A DNA stretch of 60,442 nt, the filler included, from Sphacelaria rigidula (Eukaryota), in assembly GCA_964200075.2 (NCBI GenBank). It is 9 parts of 9 records of this genome, joined end to end, with 100 filler letters (N's around TTAATTAATTAA, not from the genome) between each part and the next. Parts side by side here need not be neighbours in the genome. Positions count along the whole stretch, not along the records: positions 33,637 to 40,263 come from CAXNAA020018971.1; positions 40,364 to 46,990 come from CAXNAA020018972.1; positions 47,091 to 53,716 come from CAXNAA020018973.1; 6 more parts are not named here. One strand, given 5' to 3'. How positions within the stretch are numbered: the stretch's first letter is position 1; each line of letters starts with the position of its first letter. The notes beneath the pieces were generated by a model that did not search any database, was not told where the DNA came from, and worked only from the letters and a program-made list of their open reading frames with translations. This document shows positions 36,579 to 49,889 of the stretch, in pieces. The position numbers were made by a program, and so were the translations under genes.

Positions 36579-37022
36579 AACACGGGATCTTACAAATTGG
36601 GGATGGATCTTTTATTGGGGATGAGAAACCCGGGGTACTAATATCATCGTATCCACACCCAAATCTTCGACATATGGTTCCATTTCCTCACCTACCGATA
36701 GCTATTGACAACTGCTGCACACCATAGAAATTTGGATTCCGATCACCGAAATGCTGGGATCCTAGGTACAAAAGCAATCTTGGGGAATTTCGGGTGTCTG
36801 AACGGACGCCAAAATGGTTCCGAAATTGTTTTTCCCCGAGGACCCCAACATCTCGGTGTTCCAAATCCAAATGTTTATGGCGTGTAGCAGTTGTCAGTAG
36901 CCATCAGTAGGTGAGACAATGGAACCATATTTCGAAGATTTGGTGTGGATACAAAGATTTGAATTTGCCGGGTTTCTGATCCCCAATGAAAGATTCATCT
37001 CCCATTTGTAAGACCCCGTGTT
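36579..37022. mobile_element. 444-bp foldback MITE with putative 4-bp TSD
   Basis: ~190-bp arms (AACACGGGATCTTACAAAT... / ...ATTTGTAAGACCCCGTGTT). TCAT at 36575-36578 and 37023-37026. Confidence 0.85.
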
Positions 37023-37650
37023 TCATGCGTTTGTTTTTGCTACACGTCTTTACAGCAGTAGGTGGCAAATGGGTCATCTAGATCGCACACCGGCAATTTT
37101 CCAGCTTGCAGAGTGTTCCTCGTCGTTCGATCGATTTTTGCGGACTCAATTTCTTCGTATACCGTTTTTGTGCGAAGACTTCCTCTGTCAATTCTTGGTT
37201 TTATGGTTTTGGGTGGTATGCTCCTCACACCCCGTGACCACGGTTCGGAAGGATCGAACTAGAGTGTTCGAGGAATCGAGCTAATGTGACGTGAGCAGTA
37301 ACATAAAAGTTAACAGTACTCCGATGGTGGGAGTTGAGATGCAATGTGCCCGTGCCACATCTTTTGCGCACGGATTACACGCGTGCCGTGCCTTTCCCGA
37401 CCTTCCGTAAGAAAAAAAAGGACGAGCACGAAACTAGTCGCGGTGCTACCGACAACGCCAAAAACCTCCTGTTCTACTATGAACAGCGTAACAAGAAGTG
37501 GTCGGTGGCACCACGGAACCACGAGAAGATCGTACGGTTTGAACGTAGGGTGACTATTTTGAAGCCCACATTCTTCGACCTTCAATCACATATATGGAAT
37601 GTTACTGGCATCCTGACAAGAGCCTGTTACGGACAAATGCAGCACCCATA

Positions 37651-38415
37651 ACACAGCCCGGACGTAGACTTAGGATAAAGAAGCTAACCCTCATTCTTCT
37701 TGAACCTACCAGAACACAGCCCGGATATAGATATGAGATGGAGAAGCTCACCCTCCGTTTTCTTTAACCTAACATAGCACAGCCCGGACATGGACACAGA
37801 AAAGAGAAGTCAACCATTCTTTCGATTTAACCTACCCTAACACAGCCCGGACATAGACATGGAATAGAGAAGCTGATCCTCATTTTTCTCCAACCTGCCA
37901 TAGCAAAGCCCGGACATAGGTACGAAATAAAAAATCTAACCCTCCTTTTTCTTTAACCTTACATTACACAGCCCGGATATAGACATGGCATAAAGAAGCT
38001 AACCCTCCTTTTCTTTCAACCTAGCATTACACAGCCCGGACACATGCATGGAATAGAGAAGCTAACCTTTATTTAACCTACCATAACACAGCCCGGACAT
38101 CGGCATGAAACGGAGAAGCTGGCCCTCTTTAGTTTTTCACCTACCATGGCACAGCTCGGACATAAAGATGGAAAAGAGAAGCTGACCGTCATTTTCCTTT
38201 ACCCTGCCATGATACAACCGAACATAGACATGGAATAGAGAAGTTAGCCCTCCCTTTTCTTTGACCTTACATCACACAGCCCGGACACAGACATCGAATT
38301 GAGCAGCTGACCCTCTATTTTCTCTAACCCACCATAACACAGCCCGGATATGGACATGGAACAGAGACGCTGAGCCTCCTTTTTCTCTAACGTACTATAA
38401 CAGAGCCCAAACATG
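37651..38415. repeat. 63-bp minisatellite, 12 units plus a partial
   Basis: ACACAGCCCGGA-like core at 37651, 37714, 37777, 37840, 37903, 37966, 38029, 38086, 38149, 38212, 38274, 38337 and 38400. Confidence 0.95.
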
Positions 38416-38849
38416 AACGCGGAATCGCGGAAAATAACAGGTCTACTGTCCCATATCAAGTCGGAAAAAACGAGATTCTCTTCCGATGTCATGACAAACG
38501 TGAGGTAATCATACATCCAAAACCTAGACGTGTAAGTGGCAGCGTGAAGGTTGACCATCCTACATGCATATCGAAAGTACAGGAGATATAACCAGCACGG
38601 ATAGAGTAGGGTTATCATCCCCTCCATGTCAATTTGACATGGAGGTTAGGGTCTCGTGGTGAGATACCCGTAAAACCTTCCCGGTTCCCATTGCGCGGTG
38701 GAAGTCTGGTCAACCGTTTCCAGAAACTCTCGACATTACGTGCAAAGCGCGCTAATCAAGGGAAGGGGTGGAAAATGCGTGGCATAAATGCCAGGACCTA
38801 CTGCACTCATGAAACAAACACCATACCGATGACCGACCACATGACCTAA

Positions 38850-39075
38850 GAGAAGGAGCATCAAGCGGTACGTAAACTTCTTGAAATCTTGAAGGATAGA
38901 AGCTGGTACAAAATGTGGGGGAATCGTTGGCCAAGCTGTCAGCAGCGAAGGTCTTCTCGAAAGCATCAGTGGAGTAGCTACCCATGGTGAATTGTACACG
39001 GAGTGGAAGAGAGATGTACGGGACACCCTGGTGTGAGTAAGACGTTGTGTTATGCAAGCCGTCCTTGAACCTCAC
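38850..39075 (-). pseudogene. Possible degenerate LINE reverse-transcriptase fragment
   Basis: Frameshifted VRFKDG..SHQG(CP)..SLF..VY resembles the QG..LSP.LF region of non-LTR RTs. Weak. Confidence 0.3.
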
Positions 39076-39146
39076 ACGGTGGAAATGACCCCACTAGAGG
39101 AAAGTAACCAGTACAGCAGCGGGGCAAGAAGATAAAATATACGATC

Positions 39147-40263
39147 GTGGGACGTCTGGATGGTTTACCACCAAGATCGCATGGCACAAACGTGGGGTAC
39201 TTGTGTCAAAGGTGTTCAACTTGGCTTCAGGCTGGCTACGAGCCCGTGTTGGAGGCAGTATTTAGTGTCGGTGAGCCAGCGAACGAACTGAAAAACACCA
39301 AACTCCCGACGAGTACTAGGATTGGGATATCCCAGTACGTTAAAGATATCACACCGATACAACTCAAATGGACAAGCTGGAGATTCTCTCGAAGGAGATC
39401 GAGACAAGAGACGGTAAGCAAGGGCGGATGGGGGAGAAACGATTGGTCGGGTAAAGTACTAGTAGTGCTGGTATTCGGAGTTCGTAGCGACAGACGAAAA
39501 TAGACTTTAAACAAAAATGCGATGAAGTTGGATTATAGTGTTTGGCAACAGAAAAGGTAAAAATAGAGGGAGAACACTTCCGAGTCAGGCTAAAACAGAG
39601 AGCAAGCAAGGAGTTGGAACGGATAAAAATAGGTGAGGTATCGGCATGTGTTAGAAGTGTAGGATGGAGAGCATGCATTGCCAATGGAATAATATACCTA
39701 AGACGTAGTGCACGGGCAAACGGTGGGAAAGAGAGGCAAGAACAGGTAAATACCCGGAAGGGGAAGGGGAGGGGACACAGCGCCCCGAAACAAGTAGACC
39801 TCGACCAAACCGGCAAGGGGCAGACCGAGCAAGCAAGGGAAAATAGAAGTAAGAGGCACGGGAAGAGGGTAGGAGACAACAAGAGAGCATGTAATGATTC
39901 GGGAAGAAAGTTAAGAATAGGATCGTGGAACGTGTGTGGATTCGCCACAGACAAGCGCAAACGAGGAGAGATAGCGCGAGAAGTGAGTAAGCACGACCTA
40001 GATCTAGTAGGAATTCAAGAGTCATGGGAGAAAGAGGGGGTAGAAATAGGATGCAAAGTTGAAGAGTACGCATGGATAGGGGGAAAACGGAAGGGACAGA
40101 AGGATAAGGGCAGGGGAGCGGGGGGAGTAGGGTTTTGAGTCAGGGAATACCTGTGTGACGTTAGAGAGGTGATCGATGACACGAAATTCGACGAGATCAT
40201 ATGGATAAGGGTACCAGGAGAGCGGGGAACGTAAGACTTCTTCGTACGGAACATATCCATGCC
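39147..40263 (+). mobile_element. LINE fragment: ORF1-like region plus start of the AP-endonuclease domain, with stops
   Basis: LRIGSWNVCG..DLVGIQESW..R..RGAGGVGF*V..IWIRV are APE/EEP motifs. In-frame TGA at 40136 and a later TAA. Cut by the contig end. Confidence 0.85.
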
Positions 40264-43172
40264 NNNNNNNNNNNNNNNNNNNNNNNNNNNNNNNNNNNNN
40301 NNNNNNNTTAATTAATTAANNNNNNNNNNNNNNNNNNNNNNNNNNNNNNNNNNNNNNNNNNNNCTCACTTGAAGCGAATGATCAAAACCACTCTCAATCG
40401 TATCATCCACTCTCAATCTCACGAAAACACTGTTCAGGGCGGTTACGGCTTCTGTACAGCTTTCGTGCATGTCACACCACATGTGAGGGTGGCAGGGTCG
40501 TCGCCCGTCGTGCGTCCATGCACCCAAAATAATAATGTACTCTACGGTACTTTCAACAGAAAAATTTCGGACACGGAGCCCCCCCCCCGTTCCTGGAGGG
40601 TAATTTCTTGAAAATTGTTATGATTTTTGTTGTTGATATCGTTGAAAGAAACGGTCAACAAATACTGACAAAAACCGAACAGTCTGGCAGGCTTTGCGAG
40701 ATTCGTATATTCGCTTCTGCTCCTTGCCCGCCCTGTCCCGGTGACCTCGGATACCGGCCACGCTCGCACGCATATATGTACGATACATGAGCGCACGGTA
40801 GCGATAGCCTGTAGCCAAAGTAGCAACATTATCTCACGCCTCACCAAATTTGCTCGGACGAGTGATCGATAGTCGAGGCACAGGACACGGAACATGATAC
40901 TTTTAAATGTAACTATGGTCGGTGATGAGCTTGGAGGGGTGGTGTGTCCGTCATCTCAGCGGTCTCCATGCCAAGGATCTCTGTACACGGCGGCAGCTGA
41001 CCGCATCCGTCAACGTCTCGGCAATGAACTAGGGGATAACAGGCAGGGTGCCCCCCCCCCTCCCTCAAAAACTCGAATTTTCGATGTTGCGGCCTACGTG
41101 TCCCGAACTATTTTTCCGACAGACCCTTGACACGGATGATATATTTTTGTGGGTGGCACTGGCACAGCAGGCCCATGACTCCCGGTTTCATATAGGCATG
41201 CGTGGGTGTTGTGTGTTTCAGAAGAATAAGAATTCCGACGCCGAACTACCCAAATAGTCAGGTCAACAAAGGATTACCTCCTACACATCTGGACGCTAAC
41301 GTGAGGGCTCTCGAGCGATTGTCTTGCCGGAAGCAGCTTTTCTAAACACAAAAAAATGTTTGGTCAATTTCGGAAGTCCCGGTGGTTGGCCGAAAGCGCT
41401 TGCGCTGCACCTGTTTGGGGCAAACCAAACGGACTTCACAGTAGTGTGCTTGAGTCTTATTTTACGGACTTCACTTTTCACGTGGGACTACTTTGCCACA
41501 ATCCCAATACTGTTCCCACCTAATTAGCCTTGTGGGCACGGGGGGTAATTTCAAGCAAATCTCATGTTCCGAGGGTGAAATTTATCTCTCTTTCCGTCAA
41601 AGTTTCAGCCTTGCACCACGCCGTAGGCCAGTCGTCCCCGTGGCTCAGTTGGTAACCTCGAAACCTTCTGAGGGTTGGCACGACGGGGGCTTGAATCTCG
41701 GCGAAGTCACATGATCTGACCTCTTTTTCGATCATACTATCATGCACAACAGAGGAGAGCAACTTTGTCATGAGGACATAGAGTTCGACTTCGCAGTCGA
41801 CGAGGGAAAGGAACCGCCGAAGCCTTCTTGGGATGAATAAGAAGGCAAGCAGTGCAGAAGAAAGATGGAGAACCAAACCAAAATATATAATAAAGCCTGC
41901 AGTGTTCACCTTCTAACTGTGTAACCCAGCAGCTGATGCACCCGCATACACCGAAAGGTGCAGATTGGCGTCCAGAATAGATGCGATGTCAACACACACA
42001 TACACATCACAGCGCCTCGGAAGACCCCATCAATAGTTGGCACAGGTCCAGACCACAAACTTGTTCGTTTTGATATACTCGAACAGAGGCCATCCCGCAT
42101 GAGTGGTGGAGGCATTGTTCAACTCTGTGCATTGAAGAGCAACAGAGCAGTTCCCGCCGGGATTTTTCCTCATAATCGACTACCATCAAGTGAGGAATGG
42201 TCGGGGGGGAGGGTCTGTGTTGTATCCGAGCCTCTGGTCGGTGGAACCCCATGGGATCAATGTATGAGCACAGCTTCGCCAAGACAGACTCTTCATGACT
42301 CTTTAAGTGGGACCCATTGCCACAATGACAGGTATACTAGTCCCATCCTTGACTTAGCCTTCACAACCAGACCCGAGGTCGAGAAATAACAGATTCGTAG
42401 GCGATCACACATGAAAATGTAACAAGTAGCGTGAGTATAGGGCGGGGAGGGGGAGTACTCGTGAACTTGCATGCCGTAGTCGTATGACCTTTGACCTCGC
42501 ATCCCTGCACAGTCGGGACTGAGGACGTGGGTGGGGGGGGGGAAACTGAACTGTACTGGCGAGCTGCAAATGGCTCTCTCGCACGCTAAATCCCCCTGTC
42601 CTGTACCTGCGATGTGATGGATAAACATCACCATAATTCCTCGTGTCCATGTCACTATGAGCTTCTCAAGGTCAGCAAAAGAGCCATCAACGATCATCAC
42701 CTTTATCCAAATGTCCGCGGGACTGTCATGCCTTCTATTTGACAGTCGGCTCACACAAGTCAGCTGATCCACAAAGGCCAAAACTGGCAACAGCGAAAAA
42801 ACATGATTTTATCCGTATCAACAACGGCAAATGTGCCTGTAAACATAATGCGCAGGAAGCTCGACCATGATGCTGCACCTACATAGAGCGCCCCGCGCGA
42901 GAAAGAAATAACCGACAGCTCGCTCGAGAAATACGCCGGAGAACAAAAACTCACACTTTCAAGATCGAAAAAAGCAACAAGTGACGAGATACATGGCAAA
43001 ACGGAATCCTCCCTTACTCCATAACCCCCACCTCCCCTTCCCCGAATAGCGGTGCTCCGTCTCGAAAGGGGTGCGCGGTCAACGGTCAGGCGACTACGGC
43101 CAGCAACAAATGAGTACGTTCCTCCTGCCCGCCCCGCCCCTCCCTGAAAAGCACAAAAACGATCAGCTGGGG

Positions 43173-44399
43173 TCATGTAACCGTGAGCTTCTTGGCGAAG
43201 GTGCTGCAGCACACTCCTAGCGCGACGATGGGGCTGACAGGATGTCTGAAATCTACGGAAAATCTGCTCTTGCTCATCTTGCCGTGTCGTACATGTACTT
43301 TTCCCTCTCCGAAGTCTTGTTCCATTGCCTGATTGCCCTGCAAATAACATACGCCGGACCACGACGCAGAAGGGCAACGACGCAAGATAGGGGAGAAAAA
43401 AAGAAGGTACGAACCAGTTTATATGCAAGACGGATGAAGAAGAATGCATCCTGACGCCAACACGGGATTCTAGTCGAGCTTCGTACCCACCTTGGCTTGC
43501 GCGCGCGTTCCTGAATTTTCGTCTAAAACGGGTACAAGGCACGTCAACGACATCGGTAATCGCTTCCGACTGAAATAGGGTACAGTATCCACGGCTACAT
43601 AGTTGTAGGTACTGTACTACTGCAGAAAAAGATGACCGCACCTTTTCCGGTGCAACGAGGAAGTTCTTCTTCGACGGGATTTTTACCCGTCCGTTGAAAT
43701 TCAGTGTCCACGCGGAAAGCACTTCATTCCATGACGGGCTCAGGGTTTCGAAGATTATGATGTCGCTTCCCTCCTAGACAGCAGCAAAGCGAAACATGAA
43801 GGGTAAGAAAAACGTGAAATAACTCTCCCGAGACACAGACGAACACGCCGCGCATAAGTAGAAGTAGCATTGCACAATTTTCCCAGGACACGACACCAGT
43901 GTAGGCACGCGCTTGTCACCCAAAATAATCTCCAAGCGCAATAGACGAAAATGGGTACACCCTACCCTGACTTTCGACCAAAAATAGGATATACGCCAAA
44001 TTTCGGCCAAGACGAGCGTGCGCTGGTCGTTGAAGGCCTCCCACGTCACTGGCCACGTTTCTTTTCTTTCTTTCTTGAAAGAGGAAACCTCACACTGCAC
44101 TACTGTGACCCCGCAAGCGGGTTCGTGTGCCAATTACCCGGAGGCTCGGCTAGACCGCCTGGTGGCAGTCATATAGGATAGGCGTCTCGAGCCTTGGCGA
44201 AGCTTTGCGCAAGGCAGTGCGGGAGTTGAACACACTAAAAACCCCACGTCAACTTGGCATGTGCGCGCGCCGCCCTACTTTTATGAGCTTTGGACCTGGG
44301 TCATGTGTGCATGTGTGAGGGCATGACGCTTCGAGTCCAGCTGTACTCGATCCAAGCAGTGTGTCATTACGTTACTGCTTGATCGTCTTGTAGCTGCCT
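43173..44399 (-). CDS. Tubby-family (TULP) protein, 3' exons
   Basis: Exons 44399-44296 (less certain), 43773-43642 (..PSWNEVLSAWTLNFNGRVKIPSKKNFLV..) and 43337-43173 (..HGKMSKSRFSVDFRHPVSPIVALGVCCSTFAKKLTVT*). These are hallmark Tub C-terminal motifs. Further candidate exons up to ~46790 could not be ordered confidently. Confidence 0.88.
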
Positions 44400-47300
44400 C
44401 TTCGACAGCAAATGACGGCAGCAAGTACAAAAATATACCGACCGTACGGCATAGAACAAGCACCCAGTACCTCCTTTACAACGAGAGCTGGCAATAGACA
44501 CCACGTGGGAAAGTAAGCTAGGCAAGGCAGCTTGCATAGAGACTGTCGCAGCGAAAAACGCGATGCCTCTCCGGTGCAGCAGCTTGTGCGTAGTACGATC
44601 CATTCAGGCTTATCGTCACAAGCACTTCACTGTCGCTACTTTCGTTCCTTACATGTACCACTGAAAACGAATGACGACCGCATTGACGCTTGCCCAACTG
44701 TCCCCCAAAAGGAAACCAGAGGTACTACATGCAGAGGGCAACAGACGAAGAGGGAAACCAAACGACCACAAAGGGGTTTTCTCCAGCTGTAATACTCCTG
44801 AAGACGTCGGGGTGCACCGCTCACGTGCATGACCAGCGAGAGGGGTACAACACCATCGCAAGCGGAAACCTGCTTTGACGAACGCCGTGCTGCCACGTGG
44901 GGGTCCGAACACCGTCAATAACCGTAATCGTTTTCTCTGGTTTCCGACGCCCGATAGGGCGAGAAGAACGAGCGATGTCACACTTGTGCGATATGAAAAG
45001 TCGGCGAGCTATCGGAGTCATTATCCAACGCTGACTAAAAGCTTACACTGTAGGTACAGGGGTGACGCCTTCATCCCCTCAGACTACAGACTCATCCGGA
45101 GGAGGAAGAGATGGGGAGGAAAGGGAGGGGAAGAAGAGGGTATTCATGCTCTTGCATGCCGTAGTCATATGACCATTAACCTCGCGTCCTTACAAAGCCG
45201 TGACTGAGCACGCCGGGTTCTTGCCGTACCAGGCTTGCAATCCATCACCAAGCACGAAGCGCCGTGCATACGTTCGGCGGGTCGCATGAAGGTTGAGCCG
45301 CATCCTGCCAAGATTGTTCGGGATGACAGCCTCGCATGAGTTGCTTCATTTTTCACTCTTGCCTCATGGGTGTCTCACCATTCAAACACCACGTAGTACA
45401 ATCATCCCCTTTGCACGGAGTTGAGGTTCTCCCACCCCGCACAATATTGATCTAGTTCAACCACCATCATGGTTACCGCCAAAAACAAAAAGCACGCGCG
45501 AAAAAATCCCCGGTAACCTGGTAACCTGGCTTCCGTAATGAGTGACGTGATTCACAGCTTCGTTGCCAACCGACGCCAATCCTCAGAGGATGAAGGGGAT
45601 GGGGGGGTTTGAGAGCATGATTACCACAAACAAAAAACACATAAGCAGCAGGCACGTGTTCCCACCGGTGGCACGTGAGCGTATTGTTGATTGCGCTCCG
45701 AGTGCTGCATCTCCTGTCTGAACCCGTCATCGTATCTGTCCTCATCCCCAAATGCTGCGCTCCACATCGTGCTGAGCGACTTGAGTGGGGAGGACGGCCG
45801 GAACACGGGTTTGTGCTTGTTCTGGATGAGGAGACAAACCACAAACCGGGAAAGAGGGAAGGGGATGAGAACCCCCGTTCATGTCAGCATGACAACGTGT
45901 TCCAAACAAGCGCTGCCATGAGCATAACCAGAAGAGATTTTGAGAACCCACTCAGCAGTGGCACGAGCTGACGCGACAATTTCTCCCGAAAATTTCCGAT
46001 TTCGACCACTTTCCACAGCAACGTCCTGGAACATATACATGACACTCCATTCCGAAATATAAGAATGTTTGAGAAACGTCGAAATATGAGGGAGATTTGG
46101 TGATTTCGCCTCTAGATCGGGTGTGTGACGAAAAACACCCTCAAAACGACGCAACACTGCCTGGGGGATGGTCGACACACAGTTTAAACACAGTTTCCGC
46201 ACAGCCGGAGCGTGCTTGCTCGAGCAACCGAACTGCTGCGTATGACTCGCTTGACGTCGCCATGGGCCAACTTGCCGCTGTTGCTGACATCAAAGCGCGT
46301 CTCTCATTTTCCTTCAGATTATTCCCGCTTACCATCCCAGCAGCGCCTCCAGCAACGGACATCGTGAACAGACAGACTATAGGAAGACAATTTACCGGAG
46401 ATTGTACTTTTTAAGCCTTGAGTGCCTCTGCTTCAGACGCTGCTGTGGGCACATGTTGGGTGTCAAATTGGGAAAAAAAAACAGTTCTGACAGTCTCGCT
46501 GAATGATCCCGAAAACGATACAAAAACCACTTCAAAAAATAAAAAGTGTTGCAGGTATTTAGAAGCACATAAAAATATACCTTATATTTCGGAACACAGT
46601 GGTACACGGAAGGTTGCAGCGGTGTACGTATTCCACCTCCGATTGGAAAGAGGTCACCGCCCGAAATCAGCGTTGGTGCATACTTAGCGCCCCTCAAGCC
46701 CCGTGCATAGCACACAGCATGATTGCACTGCACTGTGTACGATATCTTGCTGTTCTCCGGAATGATCATGGCGGTGTTGGGCGCTGCAGCGATGAGACAT
46801 GGAAAATCCCAAGAAGTTCATAAATCATGATGAAGCTAACTAAGGTCGACGAAAAGTTTCTGATATCGCCCCCCTCTTTGAAACGAACGTGCTGAAAAAC
46901 TGGACGACCACAATAATCCAATCCACTGAAGTCCGAATGGCCACCTGCGGCACCGGATCTTCTGAGGTTGGCAGTATGTACTCCCTTTCTNNNNNNNNNN
47001 NNNNNNNNNNNNNNNNNNNNNNNNNNNNNNNNNNTTAATTAATTAANNNNNNNNNNNNNNNNNNNNNNNNNNNNNNNNNNNNNNNNNNNNCCGTGTCCTT
47101 TGCGTGTCCTCGCTCGGCGATTACCACTATCGCTCGAGAGACTCGCATCATCGATGTCACTAGCATGTACCCAAATTTCCCATGTATGTTGTGCCAGCAC
47201 ACCGAGAAGAGCTGCGGAGAGATTTCGCCTCTTCTTGCTTTCTTGATGCGAAGATCACTTAATCACTCTCTGCCTCTCTTTTTGGACAAGACGCGCGTCT

Positions 47301-47906
47301 GTGCAGTGAAGAACATGTCGTTGAAAAACAGGGCAATGTTCCCGTCACCGCAACTACTGTACTCTGTCACACACATGCCAGCAAGGGCGGTGCTGCGGCA
47401 ATAACAACAGATGGATCCAATTTGAACTTGAGGAGTGTTGTACATCTTTGATCTGCGCCGACGTCCCCAAGCCGGGCAGGCGAGCAGAACAGGGTGCCAC
47501 ACGCCAGTTGAGGGGGGTTCATGAGAGATTAATCACTCGTAGGTGTGGCAGATATCCCTTTGCAGTGACATATCAAAGACTGATGCTACACATGTATACA
47601 GATCCAGTGCAAACAGGGACGAGATAGGAATGTTCCGGAAGGACCAGACTCCCCGAGGACCTTGTAATGCCAACGAAACTAGACAACTCGGGGTGATGCC
47701 AGGAAGAGCTTAATATTCAGGACGGTCCAACATCCCCCGAGGAACCCGGTCGCCTCCAGCGACCACGTTGTGTCTGACCCACTTCTTGCCTACATCTCAC
47801 AAGAGGAAATCATCGTCAGCTTCGGAGTTCCTTCGGCATCAGGATGACATCTCTTGGGACAGCCTCTTCCTTAGTCTGTCCCCCCTTGGATACGTCCTCC
47901 TTCACC

Positions 47907-47924
47907 TGGCGACACCAGATTAGA
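47907..47924 (+). promoter_or_regulatory. Primer-binding site of the Gypsy element
   Basis: TGG-initiated tract 2 nt after the LTR-like CA end and 60 nt before the gag ATG. Confidence 0.6.
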
Positions 47925-47966
47925 ACTCAAGTAAGACATCTAGTAGTAGGGCAGACGTCTTTCATA

Positions 47967-49778
47967 ATGTCGAGAAAGAAATCCGCCCACAAAAAATCCA
48001 CCAGAACAACTACTCAGGGAATGGCCACCGCGAAGACCCTCCAACATTCAACCGCGGCCGTCACACCATCAGCCTCCACCTCGGCGGCGAAATCGGCAGA
48101 GTCCAGAGGCTCAGCACAGTCAGTAGTACCTGCGCCGGCCGACACAACGCTGCCCGCTCAACCCCCGTATAGCCACGAGGGGGAAAGCGACAGCGACAAC
48201 TCCGAGGACTCTGAGCGGAGCACCGATATCCGTCAGGTGTCCATCGGTAGGTTTGATGCGCTTCGCGACCCCACCAATTTATCCCCATCCTCTACGCCAA
48301 CCCCTACGCCACAACCCACCGTCAAAGAAAAGGCAGCAGAGCTCGCATATAGGGCGTTGGAGAGGAGTGACGAGGAGGGCACGGAGCCAGCTCCGTGGGT
48401 GATGCAAGCTTCGGGGTTTTCAGTACGGCAGGAACAGGGAGTTTCACAGGTATCGAAATCTAGCAACCTAGTAGCGTCGGAAATAGAACATCGAAGTAAT
48501 AGTGCGATGCTACAAAACAATACAAGTAAACACCAGGATAGTGTCAACGATCCAGTCGATAATTTCGAGGTCGAACTGTCTAACACTACGCCAATCCAAT
48601 CCACAGAGAGCTCAGGGACTTTGACGTTAGATCCGCCAACAAGCCTCACTAGCGTACAAGAAAACAGCCACAACAAAGAGCCTCTGTCTAGTTCAGTGCT
48701 GACTCCGCCATCTACAAGCCATAGTAGCACCATGAAAACTCAAAATTTTTCGATGAAACAATCGGATCTTCCATCAACGTTAATCCTAGAAAGAAAACGG
48801 AGTGAAGACGTGCCGGCAATTCTTGATGCGTTTCTCAATCGAGTTAGGATTCATGCCCCTGACGATTGCACAGAATCCACAGTACAACGGCACGCCATAA
48901 ACCACTCACCACTTACTCTCAGAGGGTCAGCAGAAAAGCTGTATACCCCTCTCGGAAGCGGAAAAGTAGAATGGCGTCCACTAGCTGTACTGCAGGACCT
49001 CAAACCGAGAGGAGAAGATACCGCACCCATCGCCCCGAAAATGTGGACAGAATGGGTAGCGGCCTACACTCATCGCTTCTCTCCACCAAACCAACTACCA
49101 CGGTTAGCCCGTGCGATAACCGATCTAAAACAGAAATAAGATCAGAACGTAGACGACTATGCACTGGAGTGTACGACTTCGATGGACAGATTCGTGACCG
49201 AGGCCTTGCGGGTGAAATTCCCTGGCCACGACACGCTTCGCTTCATAATAGACGTGATCACAACAGCAGCATTTGAGACCGGGCTCAAACCCCATATCAG
49301 AGTTGAAATGGTGAAAGAAGATAGTACGCTCGACTTCCAAACTGCGACAGCACGAGCAAAAAAACACGAACACAACAATCTTCGCACATGGCCAAACCAA
49401 ACGGGAGACACTCCCCATGTCTCGGCCGCAACTGTAACTTCCCCACGCCCACAGCAAGCGGAAATGATAGCCGATCATGGCGCAATCCTCACGGATCTTC
49501 AGTCGCAGTTAAAAGCGATCAAAGGAGAGAGAGGGAGAGCGGAGAAACGGTCTGCTGGCAGAGACAGGAGCGCGAGTAGATCAGGGGCAGAGTTGAAAAA
49601 AGTACGCTTCAAAGACGGTAACGATATGTGTACATCCAACGACAAGCAGTTGAGGGGTAAAACGAAAAAATCGGTCCGTTGTGAGTACGCACCATGCAGG
49701 TACAAAAACACAAATGATACAGCGAATTGCCGCCTTATGCAGAGCCATGTAGAGTTTGCTAAAAAATACAACCCGTGA
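47967..49778 (+). pseudogene. gag: Gypsy gag with an internal stop at 49137-49139
   Basis: Long Ser/Thr-rich N-terminus, W..W...Y..RF.PP, LKQK*DQNVDDYA, FETGLKPHIR, and degenerate knuckle CEYAPC..N....C. Confidence 0.8.
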
Positions 49779-49889
49779 AGGCGCTCAAGAGAAGATCCCT
49801 CGTCTGATCAGGGCAGAAACGGTAAACCCTTACGTAGAAAATCGAGGGAAACAGAAGGAAGCGAAATCGCCAACCCTCTGGCTCGTGAG

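Noticed and set aside
37651..38415. CRISPR-like appearance (conserved core at a regular period)
   Set aside because: The intervening sequences are homologous to each other rather than unique spacers. No cas genes are present and the context is eukaryotic.
40364..41840. Possible plus-strand exons ending ..EFDFAVDEGKEPPKPSWDE*
   Set aside because: Could not be joined with consistent phases and canonical donors, and no domain was recognised.
42760..43722. 320-aa ORF as a single gene
   Set aside because: Only its first ~27 codons are a Tubby exon. The rest reads through intron, an out-of-frame exon and a repeat.
1725..44399. Grx, PARP, Nudix and Tubby as a linked redox/ADP-ribose system
   Set aside because: Each gene is on a different, artificially joined contig.
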